64,000 nucleotides of DNA, from sequence record MN047793.1; one strand, given 5' to 3'. The notes beneath the pieces are model-generated. The model worked only from the letters and a program-made list of their open reading frames with translations. It was not told the DNA's origin and made no database searches. Below, piece by piece: positions 44,038 through 53,327 of the stretch (positions are counted from its first letter, which is position 1; every line of letters begins with the position of its first letter). Made by a program: the position numbers and the translations under genes.

Positions 44038-44706
44038 ATGTCTACGCTCGGTCTTGACTTCGCGCCCTCTCATAAATCCACACGTACTGTCACTATTGCT
44101 CGTCAAGCATACTTGGAGCTATTGCATACTGAGTTAGAGCCTCTTAAGCTATTGCGTGATGCCCGTGAATTGGAAATTGAAACATGGATATCTTCTCCCG
44201 AACGTAAGGAAGAAGCCAAGAAATTATTGGTTCAGAGTGTGTTGAAAACATGCTATAGTGAACTGGTTAGCTTTACTTTGAAAAAATATCTGTACCCAAA
44301 GCTTAACCTTTTTCAAAAGGTAAAGTGGAATTGGGGATTTGCGTATACCCAAAAAGTTGACTATGCTGAATCTGTAGGGTTTAATTATCCAGTTGAAGGG
44401 TTCTATAAACATTACTCTTATTGGATGGATAACGGACTTCAGCAAGTATATGGTGTGTATCAAGAGTACGCTGACACCAATCTAACGTATGATGAATTTG
44501 CACAACAACTGTTAGATGAATACATGGCTAAGCACGAAATTGAAGCATGGCAAGTAGTTTGCCGACTGAACCATGTATGGCATCATGCTAGAAATGTATA
44601 CAGCGACAAAGTTAAAACCATCGAGACTTTGGCAGCATCAATTGATAAAGTGACAGATGCAACATTTACTATCTCTGAAAACGAATTTATCAATCTAACT
44701 AAATAA
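44038..44706 (+). CDS. Hypothetical protein
   Basis: 222-aa ORF. Confidence 0.75.
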   Translation: MSTLGLDFAPSHKSTRTVTIARQAYLELLHTELEPLKLLRDARELEIETWISSPERKEEAKKLLVQSVLKTCYSELVSFTLKKYLYPKLNLFQKVKWNWGFAYTQKVDYAESVGFNYPVEGFYKHYSYWMDNGLQQVYGVYQEYADTNLTYDEFAQQLLDEYMAKHEIEAWQVVCRLNHVWHHARNVYSDKVKTIETLAASIDKVTDATFTISENEFINLTK

Positions 44707-44716
44707 GCAGTATTAT

Positions 44717-44971
44717 ATGCAATTGGATTCAATCGTAAAACTAAAAGCTAAAGACCGTGACAAATTTGTTGATGAAGTATATGGTGGTTGGAGTCTTGCA
44801 GACCAACTCCCTGAAATCTTCACTACGGGAGTAGAAGTTGTCAAATATAAAAATGGCAACTATTACCTAATCAATGAGCACGGTAAGCCGCTTGATAAGG
44901 TTCATTCGTTTGAGGCAAGTACGTGCTTCTTCACGCAAGAAGAAGTTGACAGCTGCATGCAATTCGTTTAA
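44717..44971 (+). CDS. Hypothetical protein
   Basis: 84-aa ORF. Confidence 0.6.
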   Translation: MQLDSIVKLKAKDRDKFVDEVYGGWSLADQLPEIFTTGVEVVKYKNGNYYLINEHGKPLDKVHSFEASTCFFTQEEVDSCMQFV

Positions 44972-45048
44972 GGGTACCTAGCTCAATCCGGCAGAGCATT
45001 CGCCTCCAAAGCGAACGGTTGGGGGTTCGATTCCCTCGGTGCCCGCCA
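44972..45048 (+). tRNA. tRNA-Trp(CCA)
   Basis: Loop CTCCAAA, G73. Confidence 0.92.
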
Positions 45049-45253
45049 AATTCCGGCTCCTTTATTCAACTAAGTGAATAAACTGAGACTTCCGGATACA
45101 AATATGAGTGAATGCGTAGGCTGATACGTGGCTGAACATACATAAAGCAGGGTCAGGTTGTATGGAATCAGGGATAGTCCTGAAAATGGAATCTCCTGAT
45201 AAAGAATCCTGAATGTTAGGGATATTGCAGTACCTAACCACTCATTAAAACAT

Positions 45254-45328
45254 AGGGGTATAGCCAAGCGGTTACGGCAATGGGTTTTGATCCCATCATC
45301 CTAGGTTCGAATCCTAGTACCCCTACCA
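45254..45328 (+). tRNA. tRNA-Gln(TTG)
   Basis: Loop TTTTGAT. Confidence 0.92.
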
Positions 45329-45411
45329 AATATGACTTCTGCACACAGTTGATGGACGCATCAACGGGTTGATGACATACCGGAAAAGAGTCATCCAGAA
45401 GTCCCCTTCAC

Positions 45412-45454
45412 GCCTCAGTCACATCGATTAACCGTCGATTACTGAGGCTTTTTT
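45412..45454 (+). terminator. Intrinsic terminator
   Basis: GCCTCAGT..ACTGAGGC followed by T6. Confidence 0.75.
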
Positions 45455-45503
45455 ATGCCCGTAGATATCAATCTAAATAAATTTACAATATAGGAGCTAC
45501 ACA

Positions 45504-45653
45504 ATGTTTACTACCGTTTGTCTATTCGTCGCTTTCATCATCTTCGTAATCGCTGCTGCCATCACTGGTCCTACATGGAACCGTCTACTCGCTGGTGGTC
45601 TCGCGTTCCTGGCTGCTGGCCTAGGTGCACTAAAACTTCTCGGTCTTGGCTAA
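45504..45653 (+). CDS. Small hydrophobic two-TM protein (49 aa)
   Basis: MFTTVCLFVAFIIFVIAAAITGPTWNRLLAGGLAFLAAGLGALKLLGLG; AGGAG RBS; late motif CTAAATA. Confidence 0.65.
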   Translation: MFTTVCLFVAFIIFVIAAAITGPTWNRLLAGGLAFLAAGLGALKLLGLG

Positions 45654-45719
45654 ATTATAGTTGACAAGTCGGAAAATGCTGGTATAGTTGTCACATCACC
45701 TAACAACTGGTACCAGCAA

Positions 45720-46091
45720 ATGAATCTTGCCGCACAAGTCCAAGCCATTGTAAAGCCGGATATTACTTCCATCCTTGAAAGCCTGAAGGATAAGTCTATC
45801 TGGATTGAAGAACGCTGGTATGCATTCACCTTGCTCGTTACTAGTAATCTTCTGGTATCGAACGAAAGTTATGGTGATGGATTTGTTAATTTGCTAGTGT
45901 CTGAAAATAATGCTGGCTATGAATATGAATTGTATGATGATTTTCATATTGACCGTGGCGAAACAATTTCATATGTAGATTTGTATCGTAAAATTTGTAA
46001 CATCAGTAATCACGTCACAACTGAAAGTATTGTTAAGTGGCAGGAAAAGGTTCTTGAGTCTGGTCGGTCTGGGTTTCGGCACGACTGGTAA
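45720..46091 (+). CDS. Hypothetical protein
   Basis: 123-aa ORF with promoter. Confidence 0.7.
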   Translation: MNLAAQVQAIVKPDITSILESLKDKSIWIEERWYAFTLLVTSNLLVSNESYGDGFVNLLVSENNAGYEYELYDDFHIDRGETISYVDLYRKICNISNHVTTESIVKWQEKVLESGRSGFRHDW

Positions 46092-46406
46092 TATAAGTTG
46101 ACAAGTGAAGTTAGTCTGCTATAATGACTGACATCGGGTAAGCCTTCTAACCGACCAGTGAGTCTGAGAGAAGGAGAGGCATAGGCCGGGTAAGCTGGGG
46201 GCGCTATGAACCAATCAGGAATTCAAAATGGCTAAGATGAAACAACTACAGATTGACGAATTCGAAAGTCAGGTTCAAGATGAATGGTCGTATGACTTTC
46301 CTGACCATCCCATCTTCATCACTAAACCCCTCACATTCTGCAACGGAAAATCCGTAGAACGTGACGTTCAGTCCTCAGATGATTCTGAGTAACATTTAAC
46401 ACATTC

Positions 46407-46493
46407 GGCTCGTTGGCGGAACTGGTATACGCAACAGACTTAAAATCTGTCGCCCGAAAGGGCATGAGGGTTCGAATCCCTCACGGGCCACCA
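46407..46493 (+). tRNA. tRNA-Leu(TAA)
   Basis: Type II, loop CTTAAAA. Confidence 0.95.
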
Positions 46494-46509
46494 TTTAAGG
46501 ATTTAACTC

Positions 46510-46692
46510 ATGCCATTGGAATTTGCTGACGAAGTGCCCAACTATACAGAAGGCCGTAAGCTTAATCAGGCCTTTGACCTGGGATGGGCTATGGCATGCC
46601 GATGGGCAGAGCGACGCGATTTGATTGATGATATCGGCTCTCCTGCATATATGAAAGCTCGTGGTGAGTTACTAGATTCAGAAATACCATAA
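46510..46692 (+). CDS. Hypothetical protein
   Basis: AAGGA RBS. Confidence 0.55.
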   Translation: MPLEFADEVPNYTEGRKLNQAFDLGWAMACRWAERRDLIDDIGSPAYMKARGELLDSEIP

Positions 46693-46697
46693 TTTAT

Positions 46698-46774
46698 GGG
46701 CCTATAGCTCAATTGGTTAGAGCGCGCGACTCATAATCGTTAGGTTCCCGGTTCAAGTCCGGGTTGGCCCACCA
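46698..46774 (+). tRNA. tRNA-Ile2/Met(CAT), Ile2-like body
   Basis: Loop CTCATAA; GCGACTCATAATCG arm typical of the lysidine tRNA-Ile2. Confidence 0.85.
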
Positions 46775-46953
46775 CTTTTGGACACCCATATGACCCGACC
46801 ATATTACCTTGAATGGGAAAATGCTCCACCATGGGCAGGCTGGTTAGGCTGGAACGATGATGGGGTATATGAATTCACCTTGTTTGACCCCCGACCATGG
46901 CATGCATTGAAATGGCAACATGTAGAGAAGCGACCCAAACATAAAAAATTGCT

Positions 46954-47334
46954 ATGACAACTGAATATACTCCACCTGAAACCATTTCGGTTGACGACCT
47001 TCCGTTCCCACGTCTAGAATTACGTTGGCGTGAGCAAGATGAGACCGAACATTATTACAATTGGGTATGTGACTATTTTCTAGTGTTGGCTCCACGTACT
47101 GTGTCGGATATTCGGTCCAGTACATACGTTGATGACAATGAAAAATTTCATACCACGGATGTAGAATATCTACTAGCTAGTAGTCAGCGTAAAAGTGTGC
47201 GAGAACCATATCCTGGCGACACTCCATATCGTGATGGCTCTCATGCAGGATGGGATAGCTGTGCATTGAATATTCCTGCATATGTGACATACAAAGGAGT
47301 TTCAGTATTAGTTCCTAATAAGGAAAGGGTATGA
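46954..47334 (+). CDS. Hypothetical protein
   Basis: 126-aa ORF. Confidence 0.7.
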   Translation: MTTEYTPPETISVDDLPFPRLELRWREQDETEHYYNWVCDYFLVLAPRTVSDIRSSTYVDDNEKFHTTDVEYLLASSQRKSVREPYPGDTPYRDGSHAGWDSCALNIPAYVTYKGVSVLVPNKERV

Positions 47335-47480
47335 AACCTTTCCATGAGTGGAAAGAAGAACAAATTGCTAGTCACACTCGTGAAAATAATGGGGTTAAAA
47401 CATTTAAAGAGCGCGAGTGGTACTGGAAAGAATATGGGAAGTACTGCACTAAAATGCGAAAGCAATCTAAATAGAAAAAT

Positions 47481-47556
47481 GGTACAGTAGCTCAGTTGGT
47501 AGAGCGACGCTTTCATACGGCGTTGGTCGAGTGTTCGATTCACTCCTGTACCACCA
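47481..47556 (+). tRNA. tRNA-Met(CAT), elongator-type
   Basis: Loop TTCATAC; paired 1-72. Confidence 0.88.
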
Positions 47557-47562
47557 AAATTC

Positions 47563-47664
47563 AGTCCTGTTGCTAATGTTGGCCGTAGGGGCACCCTTAT
47601 ACAGTGCTAGAGCAATCTCCAGATAAGAGATGTAACGTGGGTTCGATTCCCACCGGGACTACCA
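47563..47664 (+). tRNA. Atypical tRNA-Ile(TAT)-like RNA with a 29-nt variable region
   Basis: AGTCCTG/CGGGACT-A-CCA; GCACC-CTTATAC-AGTGC; ATCTC/GAGAT extra hairpin. Confidence 0.65.
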
Positions 47665-47729
47665 AATTCGCTTGACAGCCTCATAAGAGGCTGTTATAAT
47701 TTTGTTTATATCAAAATTGAGTACGACTC

Positions 47730-48434
47730 ATGACACCGCACACCTTCATCGACGCTGATAATAACAAGACAATCAAGGCTAACCAGCCTGAACCATATAT
47801 CAATGTGAAGTGGCCGGCTATGTTGGTGACTGGTGATAAAGTTACGCCGGAACAGGCTCGGGATATCATTTTTAGAACCAATGGCTCGTATATCAGCACC
47901 AATGACCGTGATTTTGAAGCTAAAGTCATGGAATATCTTGGTATCCCTAAAGGTGAATATGGATATTACAACGGATATGATAAACTCAGGGAAAAATTCC
48001 AATCCCTTTCTCTACATTATCTTAATAATGACCGTATTTCATCTTGCTGGGTTGGTGGGTTTCATGGTTGGATGAATTGGGATGGTACGGTATTCAGTAA
48101 TAATTACAACATTGGTAAATGGCCGAGTGTTGAGGAAGTGTTAGAAGACTGGGCCGCGATTGCTCAGGCATTCCCTTACCTCAATCTGCGATGCCAGTTG
48201 CTTAACCATGAATCTTCTGAAGATATTGAAGAACCTAAAGTAACGGTTGAGTATGTTGTTAAGGATGGCACCGTTGCTATGTTTCTTCCTGAAGATGTTT
48301 CAAAGCTTGTGGTTTCTATTAAGCCGTTGAGCGATGATGACATCCTGCCAATGTTTGACCTCAATTACAAAGATAATATTGGTTTCACTCGCTTCAAAAG
48401 TGAATTTGAAAAATTCAAGAAACAAAATCCTTGA
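47730..48434 (+). CDS. Hypothetical protein
   Basis: 234-aa ORF. Confidence 0.75.
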   Translation: MTPHTFIDADNNKTIKANQPEPYINVKWPAMLVTGDKVTPEQARDIIFRTNGSYISTNDRDFEAKVMEYLGIPKGEYGYYNGYDKLREKFQSLSLHYLNNDRISSCWVGGFHGWMNWDGTVFSNNYNIGKWPSVEEVLEDWAAIAQAFPYLNLRCQLLNHESSEDIEEPKVTVEYVVKDGTVAMFLPEDVSKLVVSIKPLSDDDILPMFDLNYKDNIGFTRFKSEFEKFKKQNP

Positions 48435-48471
48435 CACGTACAAATAGTAGAGTTAAAGTAACAACTTAAAT

Positions 48472-48560
48472 GGCTAGGTGGCGGAGAAGTCGAACGCAGG
48501 GGACTGCAAATCCTCATGGAGAAATCCTCATCACAGGTGCAAATCCTGTTCTGGCCTCCA
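48472..48560 (+). tRNA. tRNA-Cys(GCA) with long variable arm
   Basis: Loop CTGCAAA, U73, 17-nt variable region. Confidence 0.85.
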
Positions 48561-48764
48561 AATTTCAGAGAAATAGATGAAAACCTTCATTCAATCATTA
48601 TTTTGCTTGCCACTCACTGCATTTGTTGGTATCATCTTTCACCAAGAGCCAGCAGTTATCTGGCAAGCTGCATTAACATTCTGGCCGGTCTGGTGGTTGT
48701 TATTGCATCTGGATAATCGAACGGTTACACCTGTTGTACAAGAAAGCTAAATAGATTCATAATT

Positions 48765-48851
48765 GGGTCAGTCGCTCAGCGGCCGAGAGCACGAGACTGT
48801 TAATCTCGCGACGAAAGTCCATCGCTGGTTCGAATCCAGCCTGTCCCTCCA
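48765..48851 (+). tRNA. tRNA-Asn(GTT) with long variable arm
   Basis: Loop CTGTTAA; GAC-GAAA-GTC extra arm; U73. Confidence 0.82.
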
Positions 48852-49078
48852 AATTCGCAACATCGTTACACAAACACTATATAAGACTATGACACTCTCT
48901 GAATTCCAAAATATTAAGGCAGACTTTACCGCCATTCTTGCAGACGCTTTTGAGCGGAAACTGCGAGATATGGGCGACGATGCCAAAGGTATTACTTGGT
49001 TTTCGTCAGTAGCAAAGAGTCATAGTAAGAACAAGCAAGAGTAAAGCATCGAAAACATTCCGGTGCTTTAAGTAACAC

Positions 49079-49154
49079 GGGAATGTAGCTCAGTTGGTAG
49101 AGCAGTCGCTTGAAAAGCTTCGTGTCATAGGTTCAATTCCTATCATTCCCACCA
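49079..49154 (+). tRNA. tRNA-Phe(GAA), weak anticodon stem
   Basis: GTCGC-TTGAAAA-GCTTC (two mismatches). Confidence 0.75.
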
Positions 49155-49174
49155 ATTTTGTTGTATGATATAAC

Positions 49175-49249
49175 GGAGCCGTAGTTTAACGGTCAGAATA
49201 GAGGCTTGTCACGCCTTTGGAAGGGGTTCGATTCCCCTCGGTTCCGCCA
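49175..49249 (+). tRNA. tRNA-Asp(GTC)
   Basis: Loop TTGTCAC, G73. Confidence 0.93.
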
Positions 49250-49263
49250 CATTTAGGATAATT

Positions 49264-49506
49264 ATGTTATTCAGGTCTAAAAACACAGGCAAGGTTGTAG
49301 GAGAGATTCAAGACCCGCAGCTGTTGCGGATTGGACCATGTACTGCAATTGATGTTACATGCATCACTGCCGTGTACAAAAAGAATGGTAATCTGATTAT
49401 CCGTTTCGGTGGAATTGGAACTATTGAAGTTCCACCGGCAGAGTTGTACAGCACAATTCAGCTTACTGTGGAAAAGTTGCTGAAGTATGTGAAAGTTATT
49501 GTATGA
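49264..49506 (+). CDS. Hypothetical protein
   Basis: AGGA RBS. Confidence 0.55.
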   Translation: MLFRSKNTGKVVGEIQDPQLLRIGPCTAIDVTCITAVYKKNGNLIIRFGGIGTIEVPPAELYSTIQLTVEKLLKYVKVIV

Positions 49507-49691
49507 TTATTCAATGTGATAGCAAATTGACACGTACACTTGATTCTCTTGGTAAGAATCGGTTTACTCGGGCTGAAATCATTCGCCAATCAATTGCTTT
49601 ACTGAAAATGGTCGTAGAAGCCAATAATCTGGGTAACAAGGTAGTTCTAATTGCCAAGGATGGCAGGGAAAGAGAGATTATTGTAAATTAA
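49503..49691 (+). CDS. Ribbon-helix-helix (CopG-like) DNA-binding protein
   Basis: LDSL..TRAEIIRQSIALL..G.KVVL..G..REI. Confidence 0.6.
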   Translation: MIIQCDSKLTRTLDSLGKNRFTRAEIIRQSIALLKMVVEANNLGNKVVLIAKDGREREIIVN

Positions 49692-49694
49692 TAT

Positions 49695-49770
49695 TGGACT
49701 GTAGCTCAGGGGTTAGAGCGTCCGGCTGATAACCGGGAGGTCGATGGTTCGAAACCATCTAGTCCAACCA
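49695..49770 (+). tRNA. tRNA-Ile(GAT)
   Basis: Loop CTGATAA. Confidence 0.95.
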
Positions 49771-49926
49771 AATTCGCTTGACAAATCGTAAAATTAGTCT
49801 ATAATTGGCTAATCACTTAAAAAGTTCTCGGACTTATAACCGAGTGGTGGAGGCGACTGCTAGGAAACTAGTGTACCGCCCTGGTCCGGTAGGGGACTTG
49901 AAAGTTCCTACCAAAATTTGAGGTTT

Positions 49927-50003
49927 ACGGGTGTAACCGCCAACGCTACGAACGTTGAGTCAGGTAATGGATGAAAATGCAGGTTCGACCCCTGCCACCC
50001 GTG
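49927..50003 (+). ncRNA. D-armless/rearranged tRNA-Arg(ACG)-like RNA
   Basis: ACGGGTG/CACCCGT; CAACG-CTACGAA-CGTTG directly after a 7-nt linker; GCAGG-TTCGACC-CCTGC. Confidence 0.65.
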
Positions 50004-50153
50004 CATTAGAGCACTATGGTAATGACTAGACCGGCCACCAGAATTGCGCAAGAAGAGTCGAACTAGTGACAGCGGGAGAGTGCCGCACAATATTAACAGG
50101 AGAACATCATGTCTAACCTTATGCTGTAACGTAACACCCAACTAAAGGAAAAC

Positions 50154-50576
50154 ATGATGGAAACAGTAACCCCGCTACAAAATGAATGGCTACGTAAGCT
50201 CGTACCAGATGAATTCTCCGATGTAGACTACCTCTTCGAAACAGTACTCTTCGAAGGACTAATCTTCTTCTGGGAAAAGGATAGAGGCCTAGAGACCTTA
50301 GAGTTCAACGCCGACCCCCAATCCTGGGAAGATTCGAACTGCGATGGCTGGTCACAGGAAAGAGTAGATTGTTTCGAAGCAATGAAAGCTGCGTATGAAT
50401 GGGCTAAAGCGCGAGACTCAACCGAGCCGCAACCCCCACCATACGAATTGGTACGCGATAAAGAGCAATACATGAAGTTGGCAGATGTATACCAACAAGA
50501 CCTCCAGAAATGGGATGCAGAGAAAGATTTACACGTACTAAATATCGTAAAATACCGTAAGTACCTGTGGTCATAA
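50154..50576 (+). CDS. Hypothetical protein
   Basis: AAGGA RBS, 140 aa. Confidence 0.7.
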   Translation: MMETVTPLQNEWLRKLVPDEFSDVDYLFETVLFEGLIFFWEKDRGLETLEFNADPQSWEDSNCDGWSQERVDCFEAMKAAYEWAKARDSTEPQPPPYELVRDKEQYMKLADVYQQDLQKWDAEKDLHVLNIVKYRKYLWS

Positions 50577-50650
50577 TCTAAAGGATATAACATGAACGTA
50601 TATGAGGGCTATTTCAAGGGTTAAGTTACTTCAAAAAGGAGACTTAACAA

Positions 50651-51334
50651 ATGAAATACAAAACAGTAGAAACCGTTCCGTTTAAGACCACCTACATGCT
50701 TGTGAGTCGTTATCACAAGAAACAATATGGTCCGTTCGATAGCATCACTGAAGTAAAGGTTTTCCACCGAACATTAAATTGGTGGTACAATCCCTTCATT
50801 GATAAAGTCGAACTTACGGAAAAGGAACAACGTCATTTTAATTTTCTGAAAAGCATCCTCCGTGTAGAGGAAGTTTATCGCCTTGAACACCAGTATTGCA
50901 TTACCGATTTATACGGAAATGTAATACCGATTGCCGAGGTAAATGCTGCCGCTGGTGGTCGAACTTACCGAAATCATAACTGGGAAGTTCGAGAACTCAA
51001 ATGGGACCAAACCGTCCAACGCTTGGTGAAAGTCAAGGGTGATGGTAAGAAGATTAAAAAGGATTGGGCGTACACAAATAACGGTGGTTATGGGTTTGGC
51101 CGTTATTGTGAATATGCAAACCGTGCAGTAGGTTCCATCCGTTACGTCCGTACACAGGCAGAGCGTCGTGCAAGCGCTGCTCATGATGCTGATTACGGGC
51201 AGGGTCTGGTTCGTGCTGCACGTCGAGGACGCCACCTTCCACATTCTTGGGATGACCCACGTTGTGGAATGTACGACCTGCAAATCTGCTGGAAGCACAG
51301 CACGAAGCGTCGTAAGCAGTGGATTCCTAAATAA
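50651..51334 (+). CDS. Conserved phage hypothetical protein
   Basis: C-terminal R.TQAERR..R..R.LP.SWDD..CWK..TKRRKQW. Confidence 0.75.
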   Translation: MKYKTVETVPFKTTYMLVSRYHKKQYGPFDSITEVKVFHRTLNWWYNPFIDKVELTEKEQRHFNFLKSILRVEEVYRLEHQYCITDLYGNVIPIAEVNAAAGGRTYRNHNWEVRELKWDQTVQRLVKVKGDGKKIKKDWAYTNNGGYGFGRYCEYANRAVGSIRYVRTQAERRASAAHDADYGQGLVRAARRGRHLPHSWDDPRCGMYDLQICWKHSTKRRKQWIPK

Positions 51335-51340
51335 GAATGA

Positions 51341-51416
51341 GGGGCCTTAGCTCAGCTGGGAGAGCGTCGCACTTGCACTGCGAAGGTCATCGGTTCGAAC
51401 CCGATAGGCTCCACCA
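51341..51416 (+). tRNA. tRNA-Ala(TGC)
   Basis: G3:U70, loop CTTGCAC. Confidence 0.95.
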
Positions 51417-51466
51417 AAAAGTGCTTGACAGATTTAAAGTAATCTGTCATTCTATATCTACAGTTT

Positions 51467-51541
51467 GGCCGGTTAGCTCAGTGGTAGAGCGTCTCCTTTA
51501 CACGGAGAGGGTCGGGGGTTCGAAACCCTCACCGGCTACCA
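51467..51541 (+). tRNA. tRNA-Val(TAC)
   Basis: Loop TTTACAC. Confidence 0.95.
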
Positions 51542-51550
51542 ATTTTCTAT

Positions 51551-51601
51551 GTCGATGTTGGGAAACGCCAGGGGCGCGTACCCCTGCCCACATCGGCTCC
51601 A
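51551..51601 (+). ncRNA. CCA-ended minihelix-like RNA
   Basis: GTCGATGT/ACATCGGC-T-CCA with inner CAGGGG/CCCCTG hairpin, between two tRNAs. Confidence 0.5.
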
Positions 51602-51606
51602 ATTAT

Positions 51607-51696
51607 GGAAGTGTGGCCGAGTGGCTTAAGGCGGCTCCTTGCTAAGGAGTTGACCCCGTAAGGGGTCCGGGAGTTCGAATCTCTCCACTTCCGCCA
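51607..51696 (+). tRNA. tRNA-Ser(GCT)
   Basis: Type II, loop TTGCTAA. Confidence 0.95.
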
Positions 51697-51720
51697 ATTT
51701 GATCCCTTTATCTATTTGGA

Positions 51721-52062
51721 ATGTATAACATGTATCGATTCTTTCTCGCGGTTGTCATTCTTGCTATTGGCATTCCTGTTGGGTTGTACAACGCATGGCT
51801 ATTCATCGATTTGTGGAAGTGGTTTGTTGTCCCCCTCAGTCCTGAAAATATTCCGGTACTGACGGTATGGTGGGCATACGGTCTTTTGTATGTGATTGGA
51901 TGGTCACATATGACGACACTGGTGTCTTTGCCGGGTAATGTATCTGACGAAGATATTGGTGAATGTTTTGCTAATAAGATTGCGACAATTCTAGCTATTG
52001 CTGTGGTATACACTCTTATGTGGGTGGTTGCCAAATTCATCGTTTACCCTGCTGCTTTCTAA
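51721..52062 (+). CDS. Membrane protein (three hydrophobic segments)
   Basis: Hydrophobic ORF. Confidence 0.65.
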   Translation: MYNMYRFFLAVVILAIGIPVGLYNAWLFIDLWKWFVVPLSPENIPVLTVWWAYGLLYVIGWSHMTTLVSLPGNVSDEDIGECFANKIATILAIAVVYTLMWVVAKFIVYPAAF

Positions 52063-52069
52063 GAACAAT

Positions 52070-52145
52070 GGGTGGTGTATCTCAACGGCTAGAGTCGCGC
52101 ACTGTGACTGCGTGTATGAGGGTTCGATTCCCTCCACCACCCCCA
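52070..52145 (+). tRNA. tRNA-His(GTG)
   Basis: G-1:C73, loop CTGTGAC. Confidence 0.93.
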
Positions 52146-52210
52146 AAATAAATGTTGACGATATAAGATGGTGATGCTATAATAGCGTCACCATTTTACT
52201 TTTAGGGATT

Positions 52211-52807
52211 ATGAAAATGCCACGCGCCAATAGCCGCATTAATTTCTCTAGTGAGACCAAGGAACGTGCACAGAAAGCGGAATGGTTAGACCTTGATGCA
52301 CTCCTGCGTCAGGACTTCCCTGAATTGGTTGAGAATGATGAAGTTGACTTCGTTCACCTTCAGATGCTGAATGCGACATCGTTCGTCCCACTCAAGTCTG
52401 AGTTCTCTATCTGGATGCTGCACGACGACGATGCTGACATGAACGACTTCCTCTACTGGAAGCGCTTTGAGGCCATCACCTTCAACGTGTTTGGTACCGG
52501 GACGGTCCATGAGCAGTTGATGTGCCAGATTTACACCTTAGAGATGCTTCGCAAGCATGACCAACCCAGCTTTCGCTCTAGCCGGCGCAATCTGAAGTCG
52601 TTCATGGATGCACAGGACAAGGTGTCTTCGGATTGGGGGCTGCGGTCAACCGAGGAAGCTGCCGAACGTTTCATCACTGAGGGGTATGGAATGTTCATGT
52701 CGTCCCAACGTGGATATGGGGCACCAAAGATTGTTGCCGGTGAGGACTATAGCCTGTCCTTCACCGAGAAGATGGCCTTTAAACGGTTCAGTTTGCGCAG
52801 AATCTGA
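52211..52807 (+). CDS. Hypothetical protein
   Basis: 198-aa ORF with promoter. Confidence 0.7.
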   Translation: MKMPRANSRINFSSETKERAQKAEWLDLDALLRQDFPELVENDEVDFVHLQMLNATSFVPLKSEFSIWMLHDDDADMNDFLYWKRFEAITFNVFGTGTVHEQLMCQIYTLEMLRKHDQPSFRSSRRNLKSFMDAQDKVSSDWGLRSTEEAAERFITEGYGMFMSSQRGYGAPKIVAGEDYSLSFTEKMAFKRFSLRRI

Positions 52808-52840
52808 GCCTGCATCTAAGTTTCATAAGTAAGCGTATAT

Positions 52841-52917
52841 GCGTCTGTAGCTCAACTGGACAGAGCAGCGAGCTTCTACCTCGCGGGTTGGGGGTTCGAA
52901 TCCCTCCAGGCGCACCA
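52841..52917 (+). tRNA. tRNA-Arg(TCT)
   Basis: Loop CTTCTAC. Confidence 0.95.
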
Positions 52918-53057
52918 TCTCAAGATGAACACGTTCAGATAATTGTTGGTCCTATACCCCTGAAAGCGTGAAAGATTTGTGGACAAGGCGTTATGACTAT
53001 GGCAACATAGCTTCACGGTCACCGCACTAACGACCGGAACTAACTTGAGACCATTTT

Positions 53058-53327
53058 GTGAACGACACTTCCTCTTCTCTTTTAAACGCACAGCACGTCG
53101 AACAACTGATCGAGCAATACGAAGCCATGTGTAATGTAGACAGTGGCAATGAAGAAGCCGATGAGAGCTTCCGCCACGCTGTCCAGATGATGGTTTCTGA
53201 TCTTAAATCGTTGATGAACAACATCAACCCGCTAGACGAATACACCGCCGAATTCGCCAACGAAGTGGACAACTCGCGCCCCTTCATCCCGGTCGGCTTC
53301 AAAATGCACTCTGTCGCAATTCATTGA
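53058..53327 (+). CDS. Hypothetical protein
   Basis: 89-aa ORF followed by a terminator at ~53333-53365. Confidence 0.55.
   Translation: MNDTSSSLLNAQHVEQLIEQYEAMCNVDSGNEEADESFRHAVQMMVSDLKSLMNNINPLDEYTAEFANEVDNSRPFIPVGFKMHSVAIH

Noticed and set aside
45366-45400. Hammerhead ribozyme (TTGATGA...GAAA)
   Set aside because: The core lacks C3 of CUGANGA, and the GAAA is inside a hairpin loop rather than at the junction.
47481-47556. Initiator tRNA-fMet
   Set aside because: The 1-72 pair is Watson-Crick and the three G-C anticodon-stem pairs are absent.
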